From NCBI GenBank assembly GCA_965224195.1, contig OZ245040.1, positions 576,001-640,000 on the forward strand: a DNA stretch of 64,000 nt, given 5' to 3'. The DNA is from Nitrosopumilus sp. Its GTDB lineage: Archaea; Thermoproteota; Nitrososphaeria; Nitrososphaerales; Nitrosopumilaceae. The position numbers were made by a program, and so were the translations under genes. The notes beneath the pieces are model-generated. The model saw only the letters and a list, made by a program, of their open reading frames with translations, did not search any database and was not told where the DNA came from. Positions 8,783 through 18,890 of this stretch are shown here, one piece after another. Within the stretch, counting starts at the first letter, position 1; every line of letters begins with the position of its first letter.

Positions 8783-9483
8783 CTAAAACTTACAGAACCA
8801 AACCCTTCGCGATTAGTTCTATTTGATGCCATGTTATAGTCATAGATTGTAGTAGAGTATGCTTTGAGTTCATCTTTCATTTGATCTAAATTGTCTGCCA
8901 AGTAAAAGCCAGGGCAATCACCGGTGAATTGGTATGTTGCATGAACTCGTGCTTTTCCTTTTTCATTTTCTAACCAACTTGCAAATGGGTATAGATAGCA
9001 AACTCCAGGTCTATCAGGATGCATGCTACATCCACCCTTGTCATCTAAGAATCTACATGAAATGTGAGTTCCATCTTCGTCCATAGTCTCATCTGTCTTT
9101 CTTTTCAGATTGATTGTAGTCATGGTAGTCATTTGGCCTGAGGGTCCGGGTTCCCGATATGTTACGGTAAGAGTTTCTTTTTTGATAAATTCTGAAGTAC
9201 TTTTGTATTTCAAACCTTTTCCAATAATAATTAAATCATCAGAAGTTAGGGGGAGTCTTCCTTGTCTATCACAGCAATTGTGACAGTCAGGCCAAAAACA
9301 TTTCCACAAGATGTATTTTTTTTCAGAATTCAAATATGGAACATGAAAAACCACATCCTTGACTTTAATAGCATAGTCAGAAACATCCGTAATTTTACCT
9401 AACACAAATTTTCGAATTATTGGATCAATATCCCAATCTTTTTCCAATAAATTTAATGATTCTTCAATTTCTTTTTGAGACAA
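8779..9483 (-). CDS. YkgJ-family (CxxCxxCC) Zn/Fe-chelating protein
   Basis: CFWPDCHNCC, CRFLD..GGCSMHPDRPGVCYLYPF and CPG motifs. Confidence 0.85.
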   Translation of the reverse strand: MSQKEIEESLNLLEKDWDIDPIIRKFVLGKITDVSDYAIKVKDVVFHVPYLNSEKKYILWKCFWPDCHNCCDRQGRLPLTSDDLIIIGKGLKYKSTSEFIKKETLTVTYREPGPSGQMTTMTTINLKRKTDETMDEDGTHISCRFLDDKGGCSMHPDRPGVCYLYPFASWLENEKGKARVHATYQFTGDCPGFYLADNLDQMKDELKAYSTTIYDYNMASNRTNREGFGSVSFS

Positions 9484-9503
9484 CTATTAAGTTATAACAT
9501 CTT

Positions 9504-9839
9504 TTGCAGATGTTATTAATGTTGAGTGAAAAAGGGAAATATGCCTCAGCTACAGAAAATCGAAGATGGGTATGGAGTGAAATAATTTGGCCCTTAATTT
9601 TACAAATCAATGATGTAGCGTTTTCATTAAAACAATTTCAAGAAAAACGTGAAAAAGTGTGCAATGAAAAAAATATTTCAATCAACATTCCATCAAGAGG
9701 ACTAGTATCACTAATGCAGAAAGGTATTATCAGAAAAGAAGGAAATGTATACTCTATTCATTATAGATTAATTCCATACATGCGACTAAAAGCAACATGT
9801 AATTATGCAACTGCAATTCATGAAGTCAGACTAAAATAA
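9504..9839 (+). CDS. Hypothetical protein, possible winged helix
   Basis: SRGLVSLMQKGIIRKEGNVYSI wing-like motif; start uncertain. Confidence 0.55.
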   Translation: MQMLLMLSEKGKYASATENRRWVWSEIIWPLILQINDVAFSLKQFQEKREKVCNEKNISINIPSRGLVSLMQKGIIRKEGNVYSIHYRLIPYMRLKATCNYATAIHEVRLK

Positions 9840-9884
9840 TTACAACAAATGAATATATTCTAAAACATCAAAATTTCTTCTAGT

Positions 9885-9972
9885 AGCCCGATAGTCTAGT
9901 GGTCAAGGATTCTGCCCTCTGGATCTCAAGAGTGGATAGGCGGGGACGGCAGTTCGAATCTGCCTCGGGCTA
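9885..9972 (+). tRNA. tRNA-Gln(CTG) with a 15-nt intron at the canonical 37/38 position (about 9923-9937)
   Basis: Acceptor AGCCCGA/TCGGGCT; anticodon stem CTGCC/GGCGG; loop CT-CTG-G[ATCTCAAGAGTGGAT]A; T arm GGCAG-TTCGAAT-CTGCC. Confidence 0.9.
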
Positions 9973-9998
9973 CCTAAAAAATTTCTAAAATAAAACTA

Positions 9999-10598
9999 CT
10001 ATCTTGATGCTTGAGCAATACGTTCCAACTCATGTCTTTTCTTGACAGATGAAGAACTAGAGTCATTATTTGCTGCAAGGATTAATTGTTCAGCTAAATG
10101 TTCTTCAATTGGTTTAGGATTAGAAAATGTTGCCTCTTTAACTGAATCAGCGATAAATTTCAAAGCCATATCAACTCTTCTGATTGGAGCAACATCAACT
10201 GATACGTGATATGTGGTACCACCATAAACAATTCTAGTAGTATCTTCAGTTGGAGCAGAAAATTCTATTGCTTTAACCAAAACTTGAACAGGGTGTTGCC
10301 CTGTTTTTAATTCAATAATTTCAAAAGCAGTTTTTACAGTTTTAATTAATTTAGTTTTTTTACCAGTCATTCTACCAGTGTTCTTTGCATATTTTTTTCC
10401 AAAGTGCATTGATTTATTGATTAATCTTTCAACAATGTTGACATCTGCTTTATTGAATCGTTTTAATGCCGAACGGCCAAAAGTATAAGGTAAGATTTGT
10501 TTTCTCAAAGAAATAGCAGTTTTTAATCCAGGATCCACAACTTCAATGTTAGATAAATCCCATTTTCTAAATAATAACAAGTTTTTAGTTTCTGCCAT
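9999..10598 (-). CDS. rps7: 30S ribosomal protein uS7
   Basis: Archaeal S7 motifs (GRMTGKK, YGG..YH.SVDVAP.RR, ELERIAQASR). Confidence 0.97.
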   Translation of the reverse strand: MAETKNLLLFRKWDLSNIEVVDPGLKTAISLRKQILPYTFGRSALKRFNKADVNIVERLINKSMHFGKKYAKNTGRMTGKKTKLIKTVKTAFEIIELKTGQHPVQVLVKAIEFSAPTEDTTRIVYGGTTYHVSVDVAPIRRVDMALKFIADSVKEATFSNPKPIEEHLAEQLILAANNDSSSSSVKKRHELERIAQASR

Positions 10599-10600
10599 CT

Positions 10601-11038
10601 CTATCTCCTTGGTTTCTCTTTCTTTCCAATTACTAGTTCATGAAGTGATGTACCATTAACTTTAGAAACTTTGAATCTAACACCAGGAATATCTCCCATT
10701 GCACCACCCTGTGTTGCACCCATTCCTTCAATTGTAACCTCATCGTGTTCATCAATGAAATTCATTGCACCATCTCTTGGCAAAAAAGCTGTTACAGATT
10801 TACCATTTCTAATTAATTGAACTCTAACACATTTTCTAATAGCAGAGTTTGGTTGTTTTGCTGCAATACCAACTTTTTCTAAAACAATGCCACGTCCTTG
10901 TGGTGCACCACCCAGAGGATCTGATTTTTTATCAATACCCAGTTTTCTTCTTTTGTAAGTGGAGATTGCCCATCTTTGTTTCTTCTTTTTAATTGTAAGA
11001 ACTCTGCCAGCAAATAATCCAAGTGGTGATTTTCTCAT
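10601..11038 (-). CDS. rps12: 30S ribosomal protein uS12
   Basis: [15 protein letters not shown] and [10 protein letters not shown]. Confidence 0.98.
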   Translation of the reverse strand: MRKSPLGLFAGRVLTIKKKKQRWAISTYKRRKLGIDKKSDPLGGAPQGRGIVLEKVGIAAKQPNSAIRKCVRVQLIRNGKSVTAFLPRDGAMNFIDEHDEVTIEGMGATQGGAMGDIPGVRFKVSKVNGTSLHELVIGKKEKPRR

Positions 11039-11041
11039 CTT

Positions 11042-11506
11042 CTACAGCTCCATAGTTGCCCGTTCAGGGCTATTAATCAATACACTACTAATATCAAAAT
11101 ATCGTTTTGCAAGAAGTCTTGCTTTCTCAGCATTTCTACCTTCTCTTCCAACTACAATTCCTTTCTTTCTTGGGTCTACCATCACTATTGCCTGTTTTGT
11201 CCCGTCAGCTCGTTTATTTATTTTTACTTCAGAAATTAGTTTAGAATTAAGTAAATTGGTCAAGAATTTGGCTGGATCTTCATCAAATTCTACCAGTTCA
11301 ACATTTCTCTTAACAATATTTTGTAATGATTTGATATGGATACCACCCTTACCAATTGCAAGCCCCATTTTACCAGTATTAACTACAAAAATTACTCTAT
11401 CTTGCTTTTCATCTTCTATACAATCACGTGCTGTTGCACCAGTAACATTTTGGAAAAGAGACATCATTCGCATTTGATCAGTTGAGAGTTTAATTGATTG
11501 TGCCAT
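11042..11506 (-). CDS. nusA: Archaeal NusA (two KH domains)
   Basis: MGLAIGKGG and GIVVGREGRN KH motifs; canonical position upstream of rps12. Confidence 0.95.
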   Translation of the reverse strand: MAQSIKLSTDQMRMMSLFQNVTGATARDCIEDEKQDRVIFVVNTGKMGLAIGKGGIHIKSLQNIVKRNVELVEFDEDPAKFLTNLLNSKLISEVKINKRADGTKQAIVMVDPRKKGIVVGREGRNAEKARLLAKRYFDISSVLINSPERATMEL

Positions 11507-11570
11507 AATAATTCCTTTTTATTTACGACCTAAAAATGTCTCATTTAAACTAACATCATAGAAACTACAG

Positions 11571-11894
11571 TTATTCATTTTTTTCCTCATCTTCTGTATC
11601 TTTTAAAATTGATTTGATGCTTGCATCATCTATAGAAGTAAATGAAATTGTCGAAATTCTAAATTGTAAGCCACATAGTCTACCTAATGCGACTGATGTT
11701 CCTTGAAAGTTAACTAAGGGTATTTTTTCTTTTTTTGCATCTGATTCAATTTGCTCAATCATTTCTTTTTTAATTGATTGTGATAATACAATTAGCTTGG
11801 AATTTTTTATAGAGCTTAAAACTTGTTTAGCACCAAAGGTTAGTTTATCTTCTTTGCGGGCATCTCTTAATGATTTTTCAAGTATCTTATTCAT
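11571..11894 (-). CDS. rpl30e: 50S ribosomal protein eL30
   Basis: L7Ae/L30e fold (GAKQV...GTSVALGRLCG); position before nusA. Confidence 0.9.
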   Translation of the reverse strand: MNKILEKSLRDARKEDKLTFGAKQVLSSIKNSKLIVLSQSIKKEMIEQIESDAKKEKIPLVNFQGTSVALGRLCGLQFRISTISFTSIDDASIKSILKDTEDEEKNE

Positions 11895-11969
11895 GCGTTT
11901 TCCTTATGTCGATCGTCTTGCCAGGGCTTTATAGGTTTATTGAAAAGTTATGTGTAGTTTTTTAAGAAA

Positions 11970-13574
11970 TTAGTTTAGAAAACCAAATAGAGAACCCAAA
12001 GTTGAAAATGCAATTCCTACTTCGTCAAAAAAATTTCCCGGGTTTTGTTTTTCTAAATCTAAAATAAGGATATTTTCAGAAAATGATGGTTTCGGATCAA
12101 ATATATTTTCAACATTAGATAAAGAGTCAATTCTGTCAATATCAAAATTTGAAGATAATAAAATCTCAAGATTTTCTCTAGCAGTTAGATAATTTGGATT
12201 TTCTTCCAATACTTCATCATATAGTAAAATTGCACCTTTGAAATTTCCTAGATTTGCAAGTGCATTGGCTTTGTTATTTTTTGCAGGGAGGAAATCAGAA
12301 TCAACCCTAATGGCATGATCATAGTATACTATAGCTTCAGAGAAATAGCCAAGTTTCCCTAAAGTAGAACCCTTGTTTACAAGAATTTCTACATCATTAG
12401 GGTTTTTGATTAATGATTCATTAAAAAAATTCAATGAGTTATCAAATTTGCATAAACGATACAAGGCAGGGCCCATTCCATCATAATATGAAATAGTATC
12501 AGTGTACATACTAGAGTCACATTCTAGTTTTATCTAATTAAGTAATTTTCCCAATTCTATATCTTCCACTGTTAGATTATTTTCTTTTTTTATTTTACTT
12601 GATAAAATTTCTTCTTTAATTATTTTAGTTTCCTTAATTTCTAAATCATTTGTTTTTTTGATTGAAGTTTTCTCTGAAATATTCTTTGTACTCACAATAC
12701 TATTTTTTGGAATTAGTTTAGACTCATTTGATGTAGATTCAATTACAGAATTAGAATTATCTTGTGAATTAGATGTTTGATCTTTTAAATCGTTTATGTC
12801 TTCATTGACTGTATCTGCATCATGAGTTGATTTATCAATTGATTCATTTTCATCTATTTGATTTTCTGAAGAATCTTCAATAACTATTGGAACTTTATAG
12901 TAATCAAAAAATAAAATTGCTTCAGATTCAGCATAATGTGCTTTTACAGAATATATTCCATCAACTCGAAAATTTACACCATCTTTAACAAGAAAACTTG
13001 TGCTAAATTCAAAGTTAGAATCAATTGAACCAAAATAAAATCCCGCAGGCATTCCAAATGGATCATAGATTCCTATCAATGCCGTTGGAGAATCTATTGC
13101 TGAAACTAATCCAGTGATTTTGACTACATCTTTGTCAGCATATTGTTTTTCATCTGTGTATAGTAGTATAATTTCAGGTTCCACAATTTCTTCAATTAAA
13201 ATTTCAGGCTCAAAGAAATTCCCCTCTACCATAAAATAGTGATTTTAAGAAATTATACCATAATCAAGTTTAACTAAATATTCACCAGTTTTTTCATAAA
13301 ACGAAGAATTAAGAAGGATAGTTTTATCAAATGTTTTTTCAGATGAAATTTCTAAATTATTTGCAGATATAATTTTGCCATCAGGATCATAAACACTCAT
13401 GGCAATTACAGGCATTCCAATCTCTGGAATTTCACCTGAAATAGTTAACGAATCACCAAAGTCATAAAATTGCTTATCAAAATTTATAATTAATGAATCT
13501 GCAAAAACTTCTGTAAAAATTACAGAAGAAAATACGGCTAACACTATGGTAGCTCCAATTACAATTCCTAACAC
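11970..13574 (-). pseudogene. Secreted Ig-like/TPR protein interrupted by two in-frame stop codons
   Basis: ORFs 13245-13574, 12534-13232 and 11970-12509 share one frame and are separated only by TAA (13245-13247) and TAG (12534-12536); N-terminal signal peptide and C-terminal TPRs. Confidence 0.8.
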
Positions 13575-13625
13575 AAGGGTAAAAACATAAATTTCTATTT
13601 AATGATCACGTAGAAATTATTCTTT

Positions 13626-14804
13626 TCAAGGAATAGTAATCATAGTAGACATAAATGGAGATAGAGGGGTCGGATCATTAATTGAATTCCAAACAAACGT
13701 TTCAATTTCATAAATTCCGGATTTTTTCGGAATCCATGATTGAGAAACGTCCAAACTTTGTTTAGAAGAAATTTCGCCCTGAATCCACGATAAAGATTCA
13801 ATAACATTTTTGTCATTTTTTACTTGAAACACATAAACAAATTTTTGTTTAAAATCATGTTCATTTGAAATAGTTCCAACTATTTGCATTTGTGAATTTT
13901 GTAAAAAGGATTGTAAAGAATTTCCAAATCCATCAGAGAAAGTCACTGATGAATTTTTAATTCGTTGAATTGGAGGGATTGATAGATCAACTCCTGCAGT
14001 AGTTTCAATTGCCAAATTATCTGATTTTGAGTAAGGTTCAGGTAAAGTATAATCATCATATTTGGCAAATATTTCATCTCCAGGAAGAGAATAGAGCCTA
14101 TTTCCACTAGAATGAGAATTTTGAGATAATGAAATTGTCGCAATAAAAGATCCTGAACTTTCAGATGTTTCCACAGCATTGACCTCAATTCCCGCTACAT
14201 CAGAATCAGAAAAAATTTGTACGAGTAAATTATCTAGCGCTTCAGGATTCAAATTCATATCAACATCAACTACACGAACTACTGCAGATTTTTCCAAATA
14301 GAAAATATCTTCAATGAAATTAATTGTTCCAACATTCCAACTAATTGGAACTGATTCAACTAATACAACTCCATCTGCAAATTCAAAAGAAATAGTTATT
14401 GCAGAATCCCTATCAACTTCTAAAAATCCACTAGTGGGACCATTTCCACTAGTTCTAGGAGTAGTGTCAAAATCCCCATCACCATCAGCATCATGAGTAA
14501 AACCTGTAAGAATAACTTCTGCAGTAAAAACACCAGAGTTTACATCAGTTTCAGTAAATCGATACGGTTCTAGAGAATGCTCTGATGTAGCAATTTTGAT
14601 TGCATGTTCATTAGTTTCCCCAATTGAATCAATTAGATGTCTATCAGAATTCCAACTAGGTGATATTATAGTAATTTTCATTTTGTCAGTCCAAGAATAA
14701 ACGGGTTTGTCTGTAAAAATTGGTGAGTATGGATCATCATAATCAGGTGCAGATTGTCCAAATGCTGGAAGTAATAACAAAGAGAATAATAAAAATGAGA
14801 ACAT
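13626..14804 (-). CDS. Secreted surface protein with S-layer-like repeats
   Basis: Signal peptide; two ET..nSG.F.A motifs and D.D.NLNP motif as in thaumarchaeal S-layer-like proteins; C-terminal Ig-like domain (W.P...G.Y.IE.FVW). Confidence 0.7.
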   Translation of the reverse strand: MFSFLLFSLLLLPAFGQSAPDYDDPYSPIFTDKPVYSWTDKMKITIISPSWNSDRHLIDSIGETNEHAIKIATSEHSLEPYRFTETDVNSGVFTAEVILTGFTHDADGDGDFDTTPRTSGNGPTSGFLEVDRDSAITISFEFADGVVLVESVPISWNVGTINFIEDIFYLEKSAVVRVVDVDMNLNPEALDNLLVQIFSDSDVAGIEVNAVETSESSGSFIATISLSQNSHSSGNRLYSLPGDEIFAKYDDYTLPEPYSKSDNLAIETTAGVDLSIPPIQRIKNSSVTFSDGFGNSLQSFLQNSQMQIVGTISNEHDFKQKFVYVFQVKNDKNVIESLSWIQGEISSKQSLDVSQSWIPKKSGIYEIETFVWNSINDPTPLSPFMSTMITIP

Positions 14805-14849
14805 GATAATAATTATGATTTATTAGATTTATTGTTTGATGAATAATTT

Positions 14850-15080
14850 CTAGGATTCTTCTTCAGACAATGAAAGTGTTAAGAGGTTATCACCACGAAG
14901 TAAGATTTTTCCTAATTGCTCATGCTTTTCTTCTGTAATATCTTCAGCATTGTCTAATGTAAGATTCATGTGAATATCAAAATCTTGGAGAACACCTTGA
15001 ATAGTTTTAGTATTTCTTAATCGAAGCAAAACAACTTTGCCTTTATTTTTACTCATTAATGTTGAAATTTCATCGGCCAT
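14850..15080 (-). CDS. Sm-like (Lsm) protein
   Basis: Sm1 G.L..FD.HMNL.L..A and Sm2 ILLRGDN motifs. Confidence 0.93.
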   Translation of the reverse strand: MADEISTLMSKNKGKVVLLRLRNTKTIQGVLQDFDIHMNLTLDNAEDITEEKHEQLGKILLRGDNLLTLSLSEEES

Positions 15081-15085
15081 AATTC

Positions 15086-18000
15086 TTACTCAGTTTTTTT
15101 GTTTTTCTTGCTTACTTGCATGTATAAGTCAACAGTACCACTGCCGATTGGAATGTTACTTCCAACAATTACGTTTTCTGTAATACCTTTGAGTTGTTCA
15201 ATTTCACCACCAAGTGCAGCACGGGCAATTGTTGGAACTGTAATTTCAAATGCAGCTCTTGCAAGAACACTATCTTTAGTACCTGCAATTCCATGTCTAC
15301 CAATTTGTTGCATGTAACCTCTAGAGCACATCAAATCAGATACCAACATAATGTATCTATTATCAACTTCCAATCCCTGATCACCCAAAGTATGATTAAG
15401 TTCATTAATCAATGAATTTCTTGCAGCCTCTATTCCCAAAGTTCCTGCAATTTCAAAGACATTATTTGTTCTAACATTCTTTTTGTCAATGCCTTTTACT
15501 TCAAGTACTTTGGCAATGTTAGAACCAGTTGTTTGAATGACCCACTCTTCATCTTTTTGAACTAGTGTAACTCGTTCAACATCTGGAACTCCTTTAACAG
15601 TGGTATTGAGAACTTTATTTCTAATTGCGATTGCAGTTGCTGTATCAGCTTCATCTACCAAATTCAAAGTGATTAATTCGCCTATAATTTCCATTTTGAA
15701 TTTTTTATTAGATGAAAGTGCTGCTTCTACTTCTGCGATAGAACAACCTCTTTCATTTAGTCTGTTAGTACTCATAATTAATTTGATATTTGTAGAATAG
15801 TCTGTTTCAGTATCAGCAACCAATGCACTTACCTTAGTTTGTAATACATTTCGTGCAACTTCAATTGCTTTTTCTCGGGATTTCTTTGATTCCTCATCAA
15901 GATAAATATCCATAGTTGGAGTTACAGGTTTCTTTCTAGCATCAACTAATTCAATTAATCTTGGAAGACCCAAGGTAACGTTTCTTTCTTTAATTCCTGC
16001 AAAGTGGAAGGTTCTCAAAGTCATCTGAGTACCAGGTTCACCAATAGATTGTGCCGTGACAATTCCTACTGCTTGACCAGGTTCGACCTGTGCTTTGTTA
16101 TATAATGAAAGTCCTTTCTTACATACTGCTTCAACACCACCTTTACTCAAGTTGGATTTCTGTAAAGCGTCAGTTACAAGTTGAGTTAATCTTGGATTGA
16201 ATGTTTTTGTATATTTTTTGGCTAACGTATCAATCTCGTCTTTGGTTGCTTTCTTTCCAGAATCAATAATGGTTTGAGATTCTGCCAATCTACTTGCATT
16301 GAATGCTTCACCATGATCACTTTTTTGCACATCGATTCCATCTTCACCATAAAGGAATTGAACAATGTGTCCGTGTGGATCTCTCACAGTTCCATCATAT
16401 TCTAATCTAATGTGTTCTAAAGCGTTAATCAATCTACGCTGCATGTAACCACTTTGTTGAGTTCTAACTGCAGTGTCTACAAGTCCTTCACGTCCACCCA
16501 TTGCGTGGAAGAAGAATTCTAAAGCTGTAAGACCTGTTCTGTAATTTGATTTTACAAATCCATGAGCATCAGGATTACTATCATGTTCTTTGTAGTGTGT
16601 TAATGCACGATTACTATAACCATAACTCATTCTATTTCCTCTTCTTGATTGTTGGCCTAATGCTCCTGCCATCTGACCTACATTAAGTGCTGAACCTCTG
16701 GCACCAGTTGTAGCCATGATTTTTCCAGCATTACCATCATCTAGAGAATCATTGGCAGTAGCACCTGCTTTCTCTCTTGCTTTACCTAATTCATTGACAA
16801 TGTATGCTTCTAAGGCTTCTTCTGCTTTCATACCTCTTGTTAGTTTTAGAGTTCCTTTTTCATATTGATTAGTTAAATCAGATACGGTATCATATGTTAC
16901 CTGAATATCATCTAGAATTTGTTGTACGTTCTTTTCTGGTACTTCAAGATCACCATAACCATAACTGAATCCATAATGAGTGATGAATTGTTTTACCATA
17001 ATTAGAACAGAGTTTAAGAAAGTCTTACCAGCTGCATTTCCATAGTCTTTTGTAATTCTGTGTAAAATACTTTCAGGTTCCTCAGCACCAATTGATGTTT
17101 TGTCAATGACACCACTGATTAATTCACCGTTTTTAATTACAACATCTTTTTCTGGACCTTTTGTTCCCTTTGACCATTTTGAAGTAAGTACATAGTTGAA
17201 GTCGTTTGGAAGAAATAATGAAAATAGTTGTTTACCAGTATATACAGGACCATCTTTTGTTTTTGTTCCAGGTTTTGGAAGTGCATCAGTATAACCACCT
17301 AACATTGCATAGTTTGAAAATTCTTGAACAGATAGAGTAGTGTCATCTTTAGTTAGAAGATATGCACCAGTTACAAAGTCTCTTAGGGCTCCAATAATTG
17401 GACCACCATATCTCGGAGAAATTAATTGATCTTGAACTCTCATCAAAAGAATTGCTTCTGCTCTGGCTTCCTCACTTTGAGGAACGTGAAGGTTCATCTC
17501 ATCACCATCAAAGTCTGCGTTGTATGGTGGACAAACAGATGGATGTAATCTGAAAGTTTTACCTGGAAGTACTCTAACATAGTGAGCCATGATAGACATT
17601 TGGTGCAGTGATGGCTGTCTGTTGAACATGACAATGTCACCATCTGCAAGATGTCTTTCAATCAAATATCCAACCTCAAGAGTTTCAGCAATAGTAGAGC
17701 GGTCTTCTACGAAATCTAATCTAATCTTTACGCCGTCTGGTCTTACGATATAGTTTACACCAGGATGTTTTTCAGGTCCATTAATTACTAATTTTCTCAT
17801 TCTATCAATATTCCATTCAGTAACAATTTCGGGAATAGTTAGTTTCATTGCAACTTGTTCAGGAGCTCCAACTTCAGACAAATCCAAGTTAGGATCAGGT
17901 GAAATTACAGTTCTACTAGAAAAGTCAACTCTCTTTCCAGATAATGAGCCTCTAAATCTTCCTTCTTTCCCTTTTAATCTTTGAGTTAAAGTTTTGAGTG

Positions 18001-18889
18001 GACGTCCAGAACGATGATGAGCTTGTGGAATTCCAGAAACCTCGTTGTCAAAGTATGTTGTAGAATGATATTGTAGCAAGTCAACTAAATCTTGAACAAT
18101 TAACGGAGGAGTTCCTGCCTCTTTACTTTCCTTTAGTCTTTGATTAACTCTAATGATATCTACCATTTTGTGGGTTAAATCATCTTCAGATCTAATTCCA
18201 GTTTCAAGAATAATTGAAGGTCGAACAGTTACTGGTGGGACAGGTAATGCTTGTAGAATAAACCATTCTGGTCTTGCAGTAATTGGATCATAAGATAATA
18301 ATTCTAAATCTTCATCAAGAATTTGTGTAAATCTTTCTCTAATTGTAATTGGTAATAATCTATGTTCACCGATTTCAGTTTTCTCTACAAAGATTGTTGG
18401 TTTTGTAAAGACTAGCTCGTATTGTGTTTTTCCACAGTGAGGACATTCTTTTGCTTTTTTTGCTTTTTCTATAATTTGTTCAGGAATTCGTTTTTGTGAA
18501 ACTACAGTGTAAGCTGCATGTTTGTCTTTAATTTTTTGGAATTCATTTAGATCATCTTGAGGGACTTTGAGTCTTGCACAAGAACGACATGTTGATTGTA
18601 ATAATTTGTAGATGTTATCGATAAAGGCAATGTGTAAAATTGGTTCTGCAAGTTCAATATGTCCAAAGTGCCCAGGACATCTTGCAGCTGTATTTCCACA
18701 TGTAAGACATTTTTGTCCAGGCTCAAGTGTTCCCAATCGTCCATCCATAAGACCTCCTTGAACAGGCATTCCATCTTCATCGTATGTTTCAGGTGCAGTG
18801 ATTTCAGCTACAGAATATTTTCTAATTTCAGTTGGAGACCATACTGAAAATCTAATTCCATCAATTGCTTTAATTGCTTGAACAGACAT
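15086..18889 (-). CDS. rpoA: DNA-directed RNA polymerase largest subunit, unsplit A'+A'' (Rpo1)
   Basis: NADFDGDEMN catalytic motif; A'' region (GEPGTQMTLRTFH) in the same 1267-aa ORF. Confidence 0.98.
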   Translation of the reverse strand: MSVQAIKAIDGIRFSVWSPTEIRKYSVAEITAPETYDEDGMPVQGGLMDGRLGTLEPGQKCLTCGNTAARCPGHFGHIELAEPILHIAFIDNIYKLLQSTCRSCARLKVPQDDLNEFQKIKDKHAAYTVVSQKRIPEQIIEKAKKAKECPHCGKTQYELVFTKPTIFVEKTEIGEHRLLPITIRERFTQILDEDLELLSYDPITARPEWFILQALPVPPVTVRPSIILETGIRSEDDLTHKMVDIIRVNQRLKESKEAGTPPLIVQDLVDLLQYHSTTYFDNEVSGIPQAHHRSGRPLKTLTQRLKGKEGRFRGSLSGKRVDFSSRTVISPDPNLDLSEVGAPEQVAMKLTIPEIVTEWNIDRMRKLVINGPEKHPGVNYIVRPDGVKIRLDFVEDRSTIAETLEVGYLIERHLADGDIVMFNRQPSLHQMSIMAHYVRVLPGKTFRLHPSVCPPYNADFDGDEMNLHVPQSEEARAEAILLMRVQDQLISPRYGGPIIGALRDFVTGAYLLTKDDTTLSVQEFSNYAMLGGYTDALPKPGTKTKDGPVYTGKQLFSLFLPNDFNYVLTSKWSKGTKGPEKDVVIKNGELISGVIDKTSIGAEEPESILHRITKDYGNAAGKTFLNSVLIMVKQFITHYGFSYGYGDLEVPEKNVQQILDDIQVTYDTVSDLTNQYEKGTLKLTRGMKAEEALEAYIVNELGKAREKAGATANDSLDDGNAGKIMATTGARGSALNVGQMAGALGQQSRRGNRMSYGYSNRALTHYKEHDSNPDAHGFVKSNYRTGLTALEFFFHAMGGREGLVDTAVRTQQSGYMQRRLINALEHIRLEYDGTVRDPHGHIVQFLYGEDGIDVQKSDHGEAFNASRLAESQTIIDSGKKATKDEIDTLAKKYTKTFNPRLTQLVTDALQKSNLSKGGVEAVCKKGLSLYNKAQVEPGQAVGIVTAQSIGEPGTQMTLRTFHFAGIKERNVTLGLPRLIELVDARKKPVTPTMDIYLDEESKKSREKAIEVARNVLQTKVSALVADTETDYSTNIKLIMSTNRLNERGCSIAEVEAALSSNKKFKMEIIGELITLNLVDEADTATAIAIRNKVLNTTVKGVPDVERVTLVQKDEEWVIQTTGSNIAKVLEVKGIDKKNVRTNNVFEIAGTLGIEAARNSLINELNHTLGDQGLEVDNRYIMLVSDLMCSRGYMQQIGRHGIAGTKDSVLARAAFEITVPTIARAALGGEIEQLKGITENVIVGSNIPIGSGTVDLYMQVSKKNKKTE

Positions 18890-18890
18890 T

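Noticed and set aside
10959-11477. Numerous antisense or overlapping ORFs in the track (e.g. 10959-11477, 19297-19692, 25009-25362, 35279-35632, 43745-44038)
   Set aside because: Shadow frames of well-supported genes with no motifs of their own.
12534-13247. Genetic-code reassignment or pyrrolysine/selenocysteine readthrough
   Set aside because: The internal stops are TAA and TAG in a single gene; both codons end core genes normally here, and no pyl/sel genes are seen.
15086-18889. Fused RpoA'/A'' as a novelty
   Set aside because: Unsplit Rpo1 is an established feature of Thaumarchaeota.
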